A DNA stretch of 64,000 nt from Candidatus Freyarchaeum deiterrae (GTDB lineage Archaea; Asgardarchaeota; Jordiarchaeia; Jordiarchaeales; Jordiarchaeaceae), in assembly GCA_037305845.1 (NCBI GenBank), contig CP147778.1, positions 1,056,001 to 1,120,000 of the forward strand, given 5' to 3'. Made by a program: the position numbers and the translations under genes. The notes beneath the pieces were generated by a model. That model did no database searches, was not told the origin of the DNA, and saw nothing but the letters and a program-made list of their open reading frames with translations. Below, in pieces: positions 50,063 through 59,783 of the stretch (positions within the stretch are counted from its first letter, which is position 1; each line of letters opens with the position of its first letter).

Positions 50063-51028
50063 ATGGTGGAACTTCCGGATGTTCAAAACCAGGAAGCATT
50101 GTTGCCCATAGGCTTAGATAAAGTGGGCTTGATTGGTATAGTTAAACGTGTCAAAATAACTCGCAATAACGAGGAAATCATTCTTCTGCCTTCAATTTCT
50201 GCTTTTATAGACCTTCCGAGGAACATGAGAGGGATTCACATGTCCAGAAGCATCGAAACCATAGAGGGCATAATAGAAGAAATCTCTTATCGCCCTGTGG
50301 GAAGTATTGAGAGCTTTTGTGAGAAATTGGTTAAAATGCTTCTCGAAAAACATGACTACGCTTCACACGCCTCGGTTATAATGGAGAGCCCTCTGGTGTT
50401 GGATGTAAGAAGTGGAGAAACAGAAGTCAAAAGACAAAAGACTTACAGGGTCTATGCCAAAGGTATGGGAGAAAGAAAGAATGGAGAAATTGTTACCAGA
50501 ACCTTTTTAGGAGTAAGCGGCGAAGGCATGACGGTCTGTCCCTGCGGGCAGGAAATCACAAGAGAATACTCAAAAACAATGCTCAGAAAAAGAGCCAAGG
50601 AGTTCAATATCAATGAGGAGACCATAGACAAAATCCTAAACCTTGTACCCATAGCATCGCACAGTCAAAGATGCAGAGCAAAAATTATAATAGAAACTCC
50701 TAAAGAAAATGCGTTAAACATAAATGAACTCATTCAGATAATTGAAGAATCTATGAGCGGAGTAACACAAGACGTTTTAAAAAGACCGGACGAAGCCCGC
50801 CTAATCCGAATAGCACATCTTAACCCAAAATTCATCGAAGACACCGCCCGGCAGATAATTTACAGAAGCGCTCAAGAGTTTAAAGACTTACCAGATGCAA
50901 CAGAGATAAGCGTTGAAGTGGAAAGTATGGAATCTGTTCACGGCTACAACGCCTTTGCAACAAAAACCGCAACTCTAGGAGAGATAAAAGAAACATTAGA
51001 ACTAGAAAAACCAACAAAGGGATTATAA
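50063..51028 (+). CDS. mptA: GTP cyclohydrolase MptA (FolE2 family)
   Basis: LPDVQ, RGIHMSR, MTVCPC, SHSQR, LKRPDE, NPKFIED, ESVH. Confidence 0.92.
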   Translation: MVELPDVQNQEALLPIGLDKVGLIGIVKRVKITRNNEEIILLPSISAFIDLPRNMRGIHMSRSIETIEGIIEEISYRPVGSIESFCEKLVKMLLEKHDYASHASVIMESPLVLDVRSGETEVKRQKTYRVYAKGMGERKNGEIVTRTFLGVSGEGMTVCPCGQEITREYSKTMLRKRAKEFNINEETIDKILNLVPIASHSQRCRAKIIIETPKENALNINELIQIIEESMSGVTQDVLKRPDEARLIRIAHLNPKFIEDTARQIIYRSAQEFKDLPDATEISVEVESMESVHGYNAFATKTATLGEIKETLELEKPTKGL

Positions 51029-51102
51029 CATCGCAAGCAATCTAAAAATCGGAGAGGCATAACAAAAATAATAAATGTAGAGAAAATCTTAGGTGCACCA
51101 AA

Positions 51103-52125
51103 TTGGAATACGCACAACCAATTCTGGAGGGAGATTTTATTGAAGACAAAAATAATCTTATTTTTGATGTCAAAGGGCTGATACATCCTCTGGACAGAGT
51201 GATAGCCTACTTGAGGTACTACCCTGATGCTGAGGGCGAGAGAATCAGAAAGAACGGTAAACGGTATAGGAAGGTCTACTCGTTAGAGGATAGAGCAAAA
51301 TACCTGTATGAACATTTTCCAGAGTACATGTACTTCGACTCGGTATTCGGTGTGGAACTTGAGGGAGTTCTCAGAAATCAGATATTGAAAGTTTACAATC
51401 CTATAGATAGACTTCAAAAGTTGTTATCTCAGAGTCCTTCAGATGATATGACAAATAGCGTAATACTTTTTGCGGAAACCCTTCAAGAAGAATCTAGGGT
51501 ACCGATGAACAAAATGGGAGTATCGGGATCAGTCTTGGTCGATTTAGCAAAGCCAGAATCAGACATAGATATGATAGTCTACGGGGAAAAAAATTGCCGC
51601 GTAGCATATGAAGCGATAAGAAGGCTTTTCGATAAAAATTCCCTTATAAAAGCCTACAATGAAGGGGAGCTGAGGAAACTATATGAATTCAGAGTTAAAG
51701 ATACTCTGATGAGTTATGAAGACTTTTTATTTAGCGAAAAAAGAAAGTGCATGTCAGGAGAAATAAAAGGGAAAGACTTTTTCATGCGTTTCCTTAAGGA
51801 ACCGAGCGAAATATCGGAGAGATACGGTGATGCAAAGTATGTATCCTTAAATAATGCAAGGATAGAGGGAGTAGTGCTCGACGATAAAGAAGCCATATTT
51901 ACTCCCTGCAGATACATTGTAGAACACACCAAAACACTGAAGGGAAAGGCCCCTAAGATTAGGGAGATAGTATCCTTTCGAGGACGCTTCTGCGACCATG
52001 TTAGAGAGAAAGAAAGATTCATAGCCCAAGGAAAGATTGAGAAAGTAATCACAAAAAATGAGACTTACCATAGAATAATCTTGGGAGGAGAAAAGGAGGA
52101 TTTTTTAATCGTTAAACGATCCTGA
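51103..52125 (+). CDS. Predicted nucleotidyltransferase (Pol-beta superfamily, COG1665-like), copy 1
   Basis: GVSGSVLV...SDIDMIVYG; N-terminal VKGLIHP..IAYLRY; C-terminal OB-like AQGKIE. Confidence 0.8.
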   Translation: MEYAQPILEGDFIEDKNNLIFDVKGLIHPLDRVIAYLRYYPDAEGERIRKNGKRYRKVYSLEDRAKYLYEHFPEYMYFDSVFGVELEGVLRNQILKVYNPIDRLQKLLSQSPSDDMTNSVILFAETLQEESRVPMNKMGVSGSVLVDLAKPESDIDMIVYGEKNCRVAYEAIRRLFDKNSLIKAYNEGELRKLYEFRVKDTLMSYEDFLFSEKRKCMSGEIKGKDFFMRFLKEPSEISERYGDAKYVSLNNARIEGVVLDDKEAIFTPCRYIVEHTKTLKGKAPKIREIVSFRGRFCDHVREKERFIAQGKIEKVITKNETYHRIILGGEKEDFLIVKRS

Positions 52126-52165
52126 CGTAAAAAATGTTTCCCATAAACTAATTGAGGAGTGAAAG

Positions 52166-53200
52166 TTGCGCAAAGAAAAGGATAGAGATTATATTCGAAC
52201 ATTCGAAGACCTTTTCTTCTGTGTTGTAGGGTACACACATCCTTCGGATAGAATTCTAGCCTACCTAAAGTACATGCCAAGCCCCGAGGGAAAATGGGGG
52301 CATGAACAACGGTTCAAGCGTATGTTAAAACAGTATGACGCACAGTCTGTAGCTGAAGGCTTCAAACTGCTAGAGAAAAAATATCCCAGTTATCTCTATA
52401 GAGACCTAATCAACGGCATTATATTTTCAGCAGTACCATTAGAATCCATAGCCGAAAGATACCATCCGGAAGAAAAAGTGAAAGAACTCATCAAAAGGAA
52501 AAACCTTGACCCCCTAGAAAAGAAAGCGATTTCACTCATAAAAACAATATCGAAACAGAGTGAGGTACCCACAGAGAAATACGGAGTAACAGGATCTATA
52601 CTTATCAGTATTCACAACCCCGATTTTTCTGATATAGACCTGACGATTTACGGAAGAGAAAACGCTCTAGCAACCAAAGAAGCGATACTAGAACTAAACA
52701 AGAAAAAAGTGTTAAACAGCTTTCAAGGAAAAGAAGCCGAGGAGTGGATTAAAAAAAAGGAGGGAATGTTCCAGCTAAACACTAAGCAAGCAAAGCTGCT
52801 ACTAGAAAGAAAATGGAACATAGGGTTCTACAAGGGAACACGCTTCTCCATCCATCCAATAAGAGAAGAATCAGAAATAAAAGAAGAGTACGGATCAAAA
52901 AAGTATAAGGGAAAAGGGTTTTCTCTAGTAGAAGCTATTGTAGAAAACGCTGATGAATCTCTTTACCTACCATGCAAATATGAGATAAGAAGTACTAAAA
53001 TACTTGAAGGAGAAAGAGTAGAAAACATAAATGAAGTTACATCATATGAAGGAATCTTTTGCCACTTCGCAGAAAAGGGAGAGAGAGTAAGAGCCAAAGG
53101 AAAACTGGAAGAGGTAATACCAAAAATGGGAGAACCTTACTATAGAATACTAATAGGGTCACCAGAAGCTCAAGCAAAAGACTTTATACATGTAGTATAG
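52166..53200 (+). CDS. Predicted nucleotidyltransferase (COG1665-like), copy 2
   Basis: GVTGSILI...SDIDLTIYG; VVGYTHP..LAYLKY; AKGKLE. Confidence 0.8.
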   Translation: MRKEKDRDYIRTFEDLFFCVVGYTHPSDRILAYLKYMPSPEGKWGHEQRFKRMLKQYDAQSVAEGFKLLEKKYPSYLYRDLINGIIFSAVPLESIAERYHPEEKVKELIKRKNLDPLEKKAISLIKTISKQSEVPTEKYGVTGSILISIHNPDFSDIDLTIYGRENALATKEAILELNKKKVLNSFQGKEAEEWIKKKEGMFQLNTKQAKLLLERKWNIGFYKGTRFSIHPIREESEIKEEYGSKKYKGKGFSLVEAIVENADESLYLPCKYEIRSTKILEGERVENINEVTSYEGIFCHFAEKGERVRAKGKLEEVIPKMGEPYYRILIGSPEAQAKDFIHVV

Positions 53201-53209
53201 CAGTGAAAG

Positions 53210-53542
53210 CTACTTACTCTTTAAGTCTTCAATTAATTGATTTCCTTCAAGTTTTAATTTGTTCCAAGCACTTTCGAACTCTGGATCACACTCACCATCC
53301 GCAGCACACTTGTTATACAGCTCAATGAACTTGATGAAACTAGTAAATATAGGTAAACTAAGAAGTTTCATTTGTTGTGAGTTAACATTAACATAGGAAA
53401 TAATAGCAGAGTCCACCACCGAGGAAACACCTAAAATGTCCCTTAGAACCACTTTTCCTTCAACCTGTTCAGCGTAAACAACATCAGTCGCAACAACAGA
53501 CGACTTTACACTATCTGATACAGAAACTTTAAACTCACACAT
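53210..53542 (-). CDS. CooT-family nickel-binding protein with C-terminal extension
   Basis: Starts MCEFKV; DVV..LRDILG pattern; SD GGGAGG. Confidence 0.75.
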   Translation of the reverse strand: MCEFKVSVSDSVKSSVVATDVVYAEQVEGKVVLRDILGVSSVVDSAIISYVNVNSQQMKLLSLPIFTSFIKFIELYNKCAADGECDPEFESAWNKLKLEGNQLIEDLKSK

Positions 53543-53690
53543 AGAATAGACCTCCCATCATTTTATAAAGAAGTTAATGGATTTGAAATACTTTTCCTAA
53601 ATGGATTTAATTTATGGCGAACTCCAATTACCTAGCCTTAATTAACTTAAATTTTGGAATATTTTTCTAATTTAAGCTTGTTTTACACAA

Positions 53691-53767
53691 TGGGGAGCCG
53701 GGTTTTTAGACAAAGTTTTATATTCTTTTCAAATTAAATTTATAGGAATAAAAAGTGTGGCTCCCCA
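53691..53767. repeat. Perfect 9-bp inverted repeat flanking an AT-rich promoter region
   Basis: TGGGGAGCC 53691-53699 and GGCTCCCCA 53759-53767. Confidence 0.6.
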
Positions 53768-53870
53768 GAGCTGTGAAAGAAAGGTTTTGATAACCGAATA
53801 TTTTTAAAGAGAAAGTGAAAAGAATAAGCGTAAAAAGAAGCTCAAAAATTATGCGGGAGATAAAAGTGAA

Positions 53871-54548
53871 GTGTTAAGAAAGGATAAAACCCCGAAATGT
53901 ACTTTTCACCCAGACATAACTGCAGTAGGTAAATGTGATAAATGTGGACGCCCCTTCTGTAATATATGCCTTGATGAGACAAAGAAACCAGTAGGGAAGA
54001 GATGCGTAGAGTGTCTCACAGCAAAAGATTTGCGGCAAAAAACCAGTATAATGAAAAATGCTACCCTTTACGTAGCATTGGCGGCATGTATCGTTTTGGC
54101 AATCTATGGTATCCTGCCAAATCAGTCGTCTTCATCTACCTTAATTGCAGCGGCAATTTCAGGACCGTGGTGGTGGATTGCTGTAGCTAGTTTGCAAAGT
54201 CAGGCGCCTACATCCACTGTTTATGTGGCTTTAGTTGCTGGTGCTGGTTTTGCCGTATGGGCTGCGTATAGTACTAGGGGCGCTCTAAGGCTTCGTAGGA
54301 TTTTACCAGAACATGGATTCTGCCCGAAATGTGGCAATGTAGTTTTTGGTAAAGACACCTGTCCAAATTGTGGGAAAGAAATTCTAATTTCTCCTCCAGC
54401 TTATCCGGATATCCTTTGGCTCAGAGAATACTTGAGGATGAAAGAAAAAGTTGCAATCGACTATGATGAAGAATTAGAGAAGAGGAAAAAAGTGCTCAGA
54501 ACTAAGTACAGAGGGAGGAGAAAAAAAGTGGTTAGACCAGAAGAGTAG
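53871..54548 (+). CDS. B-box-like zinc finger + membrane helices + zinc ribbon protein
   Basis: CTFHP..CDKCGRPFCNIC..CVEC; TM segments; CPKCG..CPNCG. Confidence 0.75.
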   Translation: MLRKDKTPKCTFHPDITAVGKCDKCGRPFCNICLDETKKPVGKRCVECLTAKDLRQKTSIMKNATLYVALAACIVLAIYGILPNQSSSSTLIAAAISGPWWWIAVASLQSQAPTSTVYVALVAGAGFAVWAAYSTRGALRLRRILPEHGFCPKCGNVVFGKDTCPNCGKEILISPPAYPDILWLREYLRMKEKVAIDYDEELEKRKKVLRTKYRGRRKKVVRPEE

Positions 54549-54631
54549 GAGTTATCCTTTGGTTCTCCGTTCTCAATGTTGCGTATAATTATTTTTTTTA
54601 AGAAAAATTTTGAGAAGAGGTCCTGTCTTAT

Positions 54632-55753
54632 TTAAAGATTTGCGCTTGCGTGCATTAATACGTCTACATCTGATTCAAAAAAGGCCAGGCTAGCAACAGA
54701 CCCTATGATTCCCATTTTCCCTGTTACTTCAAATACATCTATCCCACATTTTTTTGCTGTCTTTAGGGCGTCGTCGATTTTCACTTCTTCTGCTCTCACG
54801 CTGTTTGCAAATTTTTTAAGCTCATTTGGAATGTTTAATCCGTGGAGAACCGAAACAGCAGTGTTTTCTGAAAGAGTTGTTGCCCTAAGGAAGTCTATCG
54901 ACCTGTTAATTATTTCATCATATTTTGTAGGGTCTATAGCAATTTCTAAGAAACTAGCAGCGTTTCCCGCCGTTTTGTATTTTATGTTAGGATTTAACAT
55001 CACCACTTTGTGACTGATTTTTTCTACGCTTTCACCGAGGTGGTCTAGAAGTGATAATGAAAGAGCCCAAGTTGCTCCGTCATCTTCTGTGTCAGTATCA
55101 TCAATTCCTATGGTCAAGTGTTCCAATGCATCAGTAAAGATCCTACCTTCGTAGTAGCCTTCCTTCTCCTCAAGTTCGACGCGTAACACGCCTTTTGCGT
55201 TTTTCATTGTTTCGGTTAATGAGTGAGCCGGACCTCCAAAAGCTTTTAGCGTTTGGACAACTTTATCTCCTTGCAAATCTACTCTTTCGACCACTACGGA
55301 GGATCCCGTCGGTTTATCAATTTCCTTTTGAGGTGTACGTCCAAGCCGAAACTTTTCTCTAAGCATAAGGCCCTCGTATCTAGTACCAGTTATGGCACAT
55401 TCGGCTTTCTTATGTGTAAATGCACAGAACATAACCGCCCCCTCGCTGCTGCAACTGTGATATATCTCGCCAATTTCGTGAGTCTTGTCTATGGTAGTGA
55501 AAATTCGCTTACAAGCGGAATAAGGTAAACTAGGTTTTAATCTGAAAGCATATCTTGCAGGTTTGCGACCGCTTGCACCCTCCACAAGTTCTATCTGTTG
55601 TTCTTCAAGTAGTCTTTTCATCCAGTCCTGAACTGTACTTCTAGGAAGCCCCGTTTCAAGAATTATATCCTGGACTGTGAAGCTGCCTACCTCATCTGTC
55701 AATCTACGAACCAAACCTATGCATAGTTTACGTTTTTCAAGAATCTTAGACAT
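54632..55753 (-). CDS. HTH fused to a methanogenesis-marker-11/TiaS-N-like domain
   Basis: HTH VQDIILETGLPRSTVQDW; IGIDDTD..DGATW, YKTAGN, GIIGSVAS. Confidence 0.7.
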   Translation of the reverse strand: MSKILEKRKLCIGLVRRLTDEVGSFTVQDIILETGLPRSTVQDWMKRLLEEQQIELVEGASGRKPARYAFRLKPSLPYSACKRIFTTIDKTHEIGEIYHSCSSEGAVMFCAFTHKKAECAITGTRYEGLMLREKFRLGRTPQKEIDKPTGSSVVVERVDLQGDKVVQTLKAFGGPAHSLTETMKNAKGVLRVELEEKEGYYEGRIFTDALEHLTIGIDDTDTEDDGATWALSLSLLDHLGESVEKISHKVVMLNPNIKYKTAGNAASFLEIAIDPTKYDEIINRSIDFLRATTLSENTAVSVLHGLNIPNELKKFANSVRAEEVKIDDALKTAKKCGIDVFEVTGKMGIIGSVASLAFFESDVDVLMHASANL

Positions 55754-55909
55754 AATTGCATTCTTCCATAATCATAATGAACAATTATAGAGTTAATAAA
55801 AAAAATTGCGATACTCCAGTAAAAAATAATAGAAAAATACGTTAAGGTAAGTAAAAGCAACACATAATTTTGAATGATTGTATTCAGAAATAATTGAAGT
55901 TTAAACATT

Positions 55910-57163
55910 TCAAGTCTTAGATAGGATTCGAGTCCAATCTATTGGACGTTCTTTTCCACATTTGGGTTGAAGAGGGCAGCCAGGACACAGGGTTAAGTAG
56001 ACTTCCTCCACATTCTTTCTAGTTAGTTGGCAAATAGTTCCATTTTTTAACAAATCTTCTATGGTTTTAACTATTTTCTCGGCTGGTATTTCAAGATCTT
56101 GAGCAATTTCGATAATGGTTCTTGGTTTTTTATACCAGTATAGATATTCTAATATTATGCTTTTTGCTTCGCCAAATTTTTCGATAAGAATGCGAGATAA
56201 TCGGGCCTCGTCACTCTCTGACTCCAAGACTGAAGAAGTTTTTGAACGGGGTATTTCTTTAAGGGGTTCGATTGTTTTATTATACATGGTGGTGGTTTCG
56301 GATTCTAGAGGTGTATAACTTTCAGCGGATACCAAATTGCTTTGGGACTCTGATTGTTTAGCGGATATTTTTTGGAGCCTTTTCATTAATTCGGAAACTT
56401 CCGGAGTAGAAGCGGCCTTCTCGACGGGTTTTGGTTTTTTTTCTTCTATTTCTTTTTTTACCGCTTCTTCGGGTACTGAAAATGACTGAACGACCTTAAA
56501 TTCTTTAATCTGGTTATATAGTTGTTGTAGCTCTCTTAGCTCATCTCTTAGGTCAGATTGCGTATCATCGGGAGCTGTTGTAACATCCTTTTGAGCTCGA
56601 ATACGTTCCTCGAGTTGTTTCTGTTTGGCTATTACAGTTTCTATCTTTTCTATAGTTGAATTCGTTTCCCCTTCTCTTTCTAATTCTGCTACCAGCCGCT
56701 TTTCTTCATCGTAAAATTTTTTCAATTCTTTTTCCAGATTTGAAGCATCCGAATTCTCAGTACTCTTCCCACGACCCGCCTCAGCTATTCTCTCCTCAAT
56801 GTTTTTTATGGCTTTTTGTACAATTCTTCGATAGCTCGATTTTAGATTATCGGAAAAGGTTGCATCTCTATCTTTTCCCAATAGAAGCTCCGCCTCTTCC
56901 TTCAGTGACTCTACGAATAACCCTTCAGCCTCTTTAAAACTTAGCACTATACCAAGCATAGATAACGCATCATTTTCGCCAATTGCATAATACAATATTT
57001 TAATGACACTCGTAGAAAAATATTGTATAGTTCTCGCTTCTATTTCCATTCCTGAGAAAATACCCAAAATATCATCAGGAGTCACCTCATTAGTATGAAG
57101 AATAGAAAAATCCAATGAAGTATTTTCATCTGAAAAACTAACACCAAAGATTCCCAAGGGCAT
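55910..57163 (-). CDS. Hypothetical: N-terminal alpha/beta domain + coiled coil + wHTH with terminal Cys motif
   Basis: TIIEIAQDLEIPAEKIVKTIEDLLKNG; CPGCPLQPKC. Confidence 0.7.
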   Translation of the reverse strand: MPLGIFGVSFSDENTSLDFSILHTNEVTPDDILGIFSGMEIEARTIQYFSTSVIKILYYAIGENDALSMLGIVLSFKEAEGLFVESLKEEAELLLGKDRDATFSDNLKSSYRRIVQKAIKNIEERIAEAGRGKSTENSDASNLEKELKKFYDEEKRLVAELEREGETNSTIEKIETVIAKQKQLEERIRAQKDVTTAPDDTQSDLRDELRELQQLYNQIKEFKVVQSFSVPEEAVKKEIEEKKPKPVEKAASTPEVSELMKRLQKISAKQSESQSNLVSAESYTPLESETTTMYNKTIEPLKEIPRSKTSSVLESESDEARLSRILIEKFGEAKSIILEYLYWYKKPRTIIEIAQDLEIPAEKIVKTIEDLLKNGTICQLTRKNVEEVYLTLCPGCPLQPKCGKERPIDWTRILSKT

Positions 57164-57370
57164 ACTAAATCTACCTTGAAAGCGTTTTATAAATATACAT
57201 ATGAGATTAATAAATAAATTATTGGGAGAAGGATAACTATATTTCTTCGACAGTTTTACTGCACATATGGTTTAACTTTAATGGGGGTAAACTTTAAGGA
57301 TTCAGAAATGAAGAATTCCTTCTATTTATTATTGTAAAGCTTCACCATTTATAAAATTTTTTTAAATGTT

Positions 57371-58321
57371 CTAAAAACGGAAATCTTCAAGTAATGCCAC
57401 AAAAATTGAAGAGGCGGTAAGATCTGCAGTTGCACCGGGATTCATTTTACCTTTGAATCCTTGCAATTCTTCATCAAGTTTCCAACACATGGCTTTTCCA
57501 GTCTCTTTTAGCAAACCACCTTCTTCAAGAATTTTTGTCGCCCTTTCACTAACCTCCACTGCTTTTTCCCTACTCATTTTCCTTTGAATCAGAGAATCAG
57601 GGTTCTTTGAAAGTATTTCTAAAAAAGTATGCACTGTGGCTACGTTTACATCCATAGATTCTTTATAAATTTTCAAGAATGTAGGATAGCCTACTTCGAA
57701 GGTAATTTTCATACCTGTTATCCACTCTTTACTGATGTCGTCCCGTTCAGCGCTTATTCTGAAAATATCCTGCAAAATAATACCATCCTCTTTGATAAGG
57801 GATTTTGATAGCTTGTTTGTAGCATCGTATTTCTCGACCTTCCCCAAACCACCAGGATGAGCAATATCAATTGCTTCATAAACATCTAGTGTGTCATCGC
57901 TCGTGGTGTTTTCCATTACTCTTTCAACATTCCCTCTTAACTTATCTGGTGTAACTCTTCCGTGTGTAAGGGTTATGCCCGCAGCTACAGCTAAGGGAAC
58001 AAAAAGAAAAATAGTTCCCAAGTTAACGTTTCCGCCGTGCTGCCAATTGGCTGTATCCCTTACCGCTCCTAGAATATGTTTTCCCACTTTAGTTTCGTTC
58101 AGATTAATCTTACCAGAAGTTACTAGGCATCCATTTAAAGCGGCTCTTTTAATACTGGGGCCAATAGCTACTGCCCCCGCGAGAAAGTGTTCATAACGAG
58201 TTCTGGTGGTATCACGAATGCGGTGAACGTTTCCAGGTTTAGGATAACCGCTAACTTCTAGTAGTACCGCTAATGTAGCACACTGTTGAACCAAAGAGGA
58301 GAATTTTCCTCCCTTCTGCAA
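57371..58321 (-). CDS. citG: Archaeal CitG-family triphosphoribosyl transferase
   Basis: LEVSGYPKPGNVHR, NVNLG, PDSLIQRK, NPGATADL. Confidence 0.87.
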   Translation of the reverse strand: MQKGGKFSSLVQQCATLAVLLEVSGYPKPGNVHRIRDTTRTRYEHFLAGAVAIGPSIKRAALNGCLVTSGKINLNETKVGKHILGAVRDTANWQHGGNVNLGTIFLFVPLAVAAGITLTHGRVTPDKLRGNVERVMENTTSDDTLDVYEAIDIAHPGGLGKVEKYDATNKLSKSLIKEDGIILQDIFRISAERDDISKEWITGMKITFEVGYPTFLKIYKESMDVNVATVHTFLEILSKNPDSLIQRKMSREKAVEVSERATKILEEGGLLKETGKAMCWKLDEELQGFKGKMNPGATADLTASSIFVALLEDFRF

Positions 58322-58535
58322 TCTTTTCCGCTCCTTCAGAATCAGAAATGAATTAGAGAGATATTTTAAACTTTTGCTTTAGTAGTTCTTTAATATCAAT
58401 TTGCCACTTTAAATAAATGTTCGAAGGGCGAAGATATCTCATGAGCCAGTGAAGTATATAATTTTTATTATTGTTTGATTCCGCGAAAATTATTTAACTT
58501 AGTAAGGATTATTAGCAAAATACTGTATACACTGA

Positions 58536-58631
58536 AGCCAGGTGGTGTAGCGGTCAAGCATAGGGGCCTCTGGAACTCTTATGAGTAGGAGTAAGCCTCG
58601 GACAGCAGTTCGAATCTGCTCCTGGCTACCA
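58536..58631 (+). tRNA. tRNA-Gln(CUG) with a 20-nt intron at 37/38 (58574-58593) and encoded CCA
   Basis: Acceptor AGCCAGG/CCTGGCT; anticodon stem GGGGC/GCCTC around CT-CTG-G; T-arm AGCAG-TTCGAAT-CTGCT; relaxed bulge-helix-bulge. Confidence 0.93.
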
Positions 58632-58878
58632 ATTTTTACTCTGAATTTTTATTAGTTTCAGAAGTTCCACTGAAAGGGAGAATGCTTCATTTATTTTTTG
58701 TTCCTTTTTATGCGAGTATTAATTTGTTTTTATTTTTATTTACTTTATTGCGATATTCATTTCAATTAGAGAAAAAAAGTTATTAACGAGAAGCTCCCTT
58801 TTTAAATTAACAGGGTGTTACACGGGTGGTCAATCCGTAAAAACCTTAGGTAATTACTGTTGGAGAGAGGTTACCTGA

Positions 58879-59382
58879 ATGATTCATAATATATACATCC
58901 TCCAGCGTGAAGGACTCTGCGTTCTCCACCGGAAATATGGAAGTTTGGAAGCCGATGAAGACTTGGTTTCCGGATTTTTAAGCGCTATGACCAGTTTTGG
59001 AAAAAACATTAGCGGAAAAGAAGTAGAAAGTGTTATCTTTGGCGATAAAAAATTTGTTTCGATTCCCTCAGAGCACTTAATCTTTGTATCCTATTGCGAT
59101 ACTGGAGATGAAGTCAAAAACGTTCTCTCAAACGTCAGGGATAATTTCATTAAATCCTACGGAAATCTACAAGGATGGGACGGAGAAAGAGGCGCTTTCG
59201 AAAGCTTTTTGACTAAACTTGATGAGATAGTGGGCTCAAGAGGAAAAGAGGGTATCTTCCACTCAGATTCAACAGAGGAAATTTTGAATAATTTAAAACA
59301 GGGTAAAGTATCGGCTAAAGAGGCCACAGATAGAATTCTGGATTATTACCTCAAAAAATTGCATGAGAATAAAGAGGGTTAA
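58879..59382 (+). CDS. Longin-like domain protein with short C-terminal helical motif, copy 1
   Basis: MIHNIYIL..GLCVLHRKY..DEDLVSGFLSAMTSF longin-type pattern; C-terminal EEILNNLKQGKVSAKEA. Confidence 0.75.
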   Translation: MIHNIYILQREGLCVLHRKYGSLEADEDLVSGFLSAMTSFGKNISGKEVESVIFGDKKFVSIPSEHLIFVSYCDTGDEVKNVLSNVRDNFIKSYGNLQGWDGERGAFESFLTKLDEIVGSRGKEGIFHSDSTEEILNNLKQGKVSAKEATDRILDYYLKKLHENKEG

Positions 59383-59481
59383 TAATAAAAGCCGAAATTA
59401 AGAAATTTAAAAATTTAGATTAAAATTAGGTTTGTTTTGCCATTTTAATTCTCCTCCCTTGTTAAGTTTCTCTTGCCTATA

Positions 59482-59627
59482 CTATAGGTAAGATTCGACC
59501 TTTTCTACACGCTCCATACCTCTATGAAGTTTACCAGTTCTTTGTTTTTTATGCAGTCTAAAATTTTGTGAAGCCCCTCTTTTGATAACGGTGGTTTTCC
59601 AACAGTCATGCCGGGAGCATTACATTC
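59482..59627 (-). pseudogene. Truncated, frameshifted copy of the 3' half of the 60406-60732 gene
   Basis: Translates to ECNAPGMTVGKPPLSKEGLHKILDCIKNKELVNFIEVWSV* versus intact ECNAPRKAVGKPPLSKEELHKILEDLKNKELVNLTEVWSATEKSESYL. Confidence 0.8.
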
Positions 59628-59783
59628 GTTTTTTATTTTTTAATTTATATCATAATATATTAGTGATATTTGTTATAGAAAAAGGGTTATTAATGCTGAG
59701 TACATCTAAAAATTAGGGAGTTTTAATATAGTGGGCGGCTTGTAAAAATTTATTAGTGGTACTGTTGGAGAGATGTTACCCAA

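Noticed and set aside
51103-53200. Nucleotidyltransferase pair as an MNT-HEPN toxin-antitoxin or CBASS defence system
   Set aside because: Proteins are about 340 aa with extra domains, have no HEPN or effector neighbours, and sit in a cofactor operon
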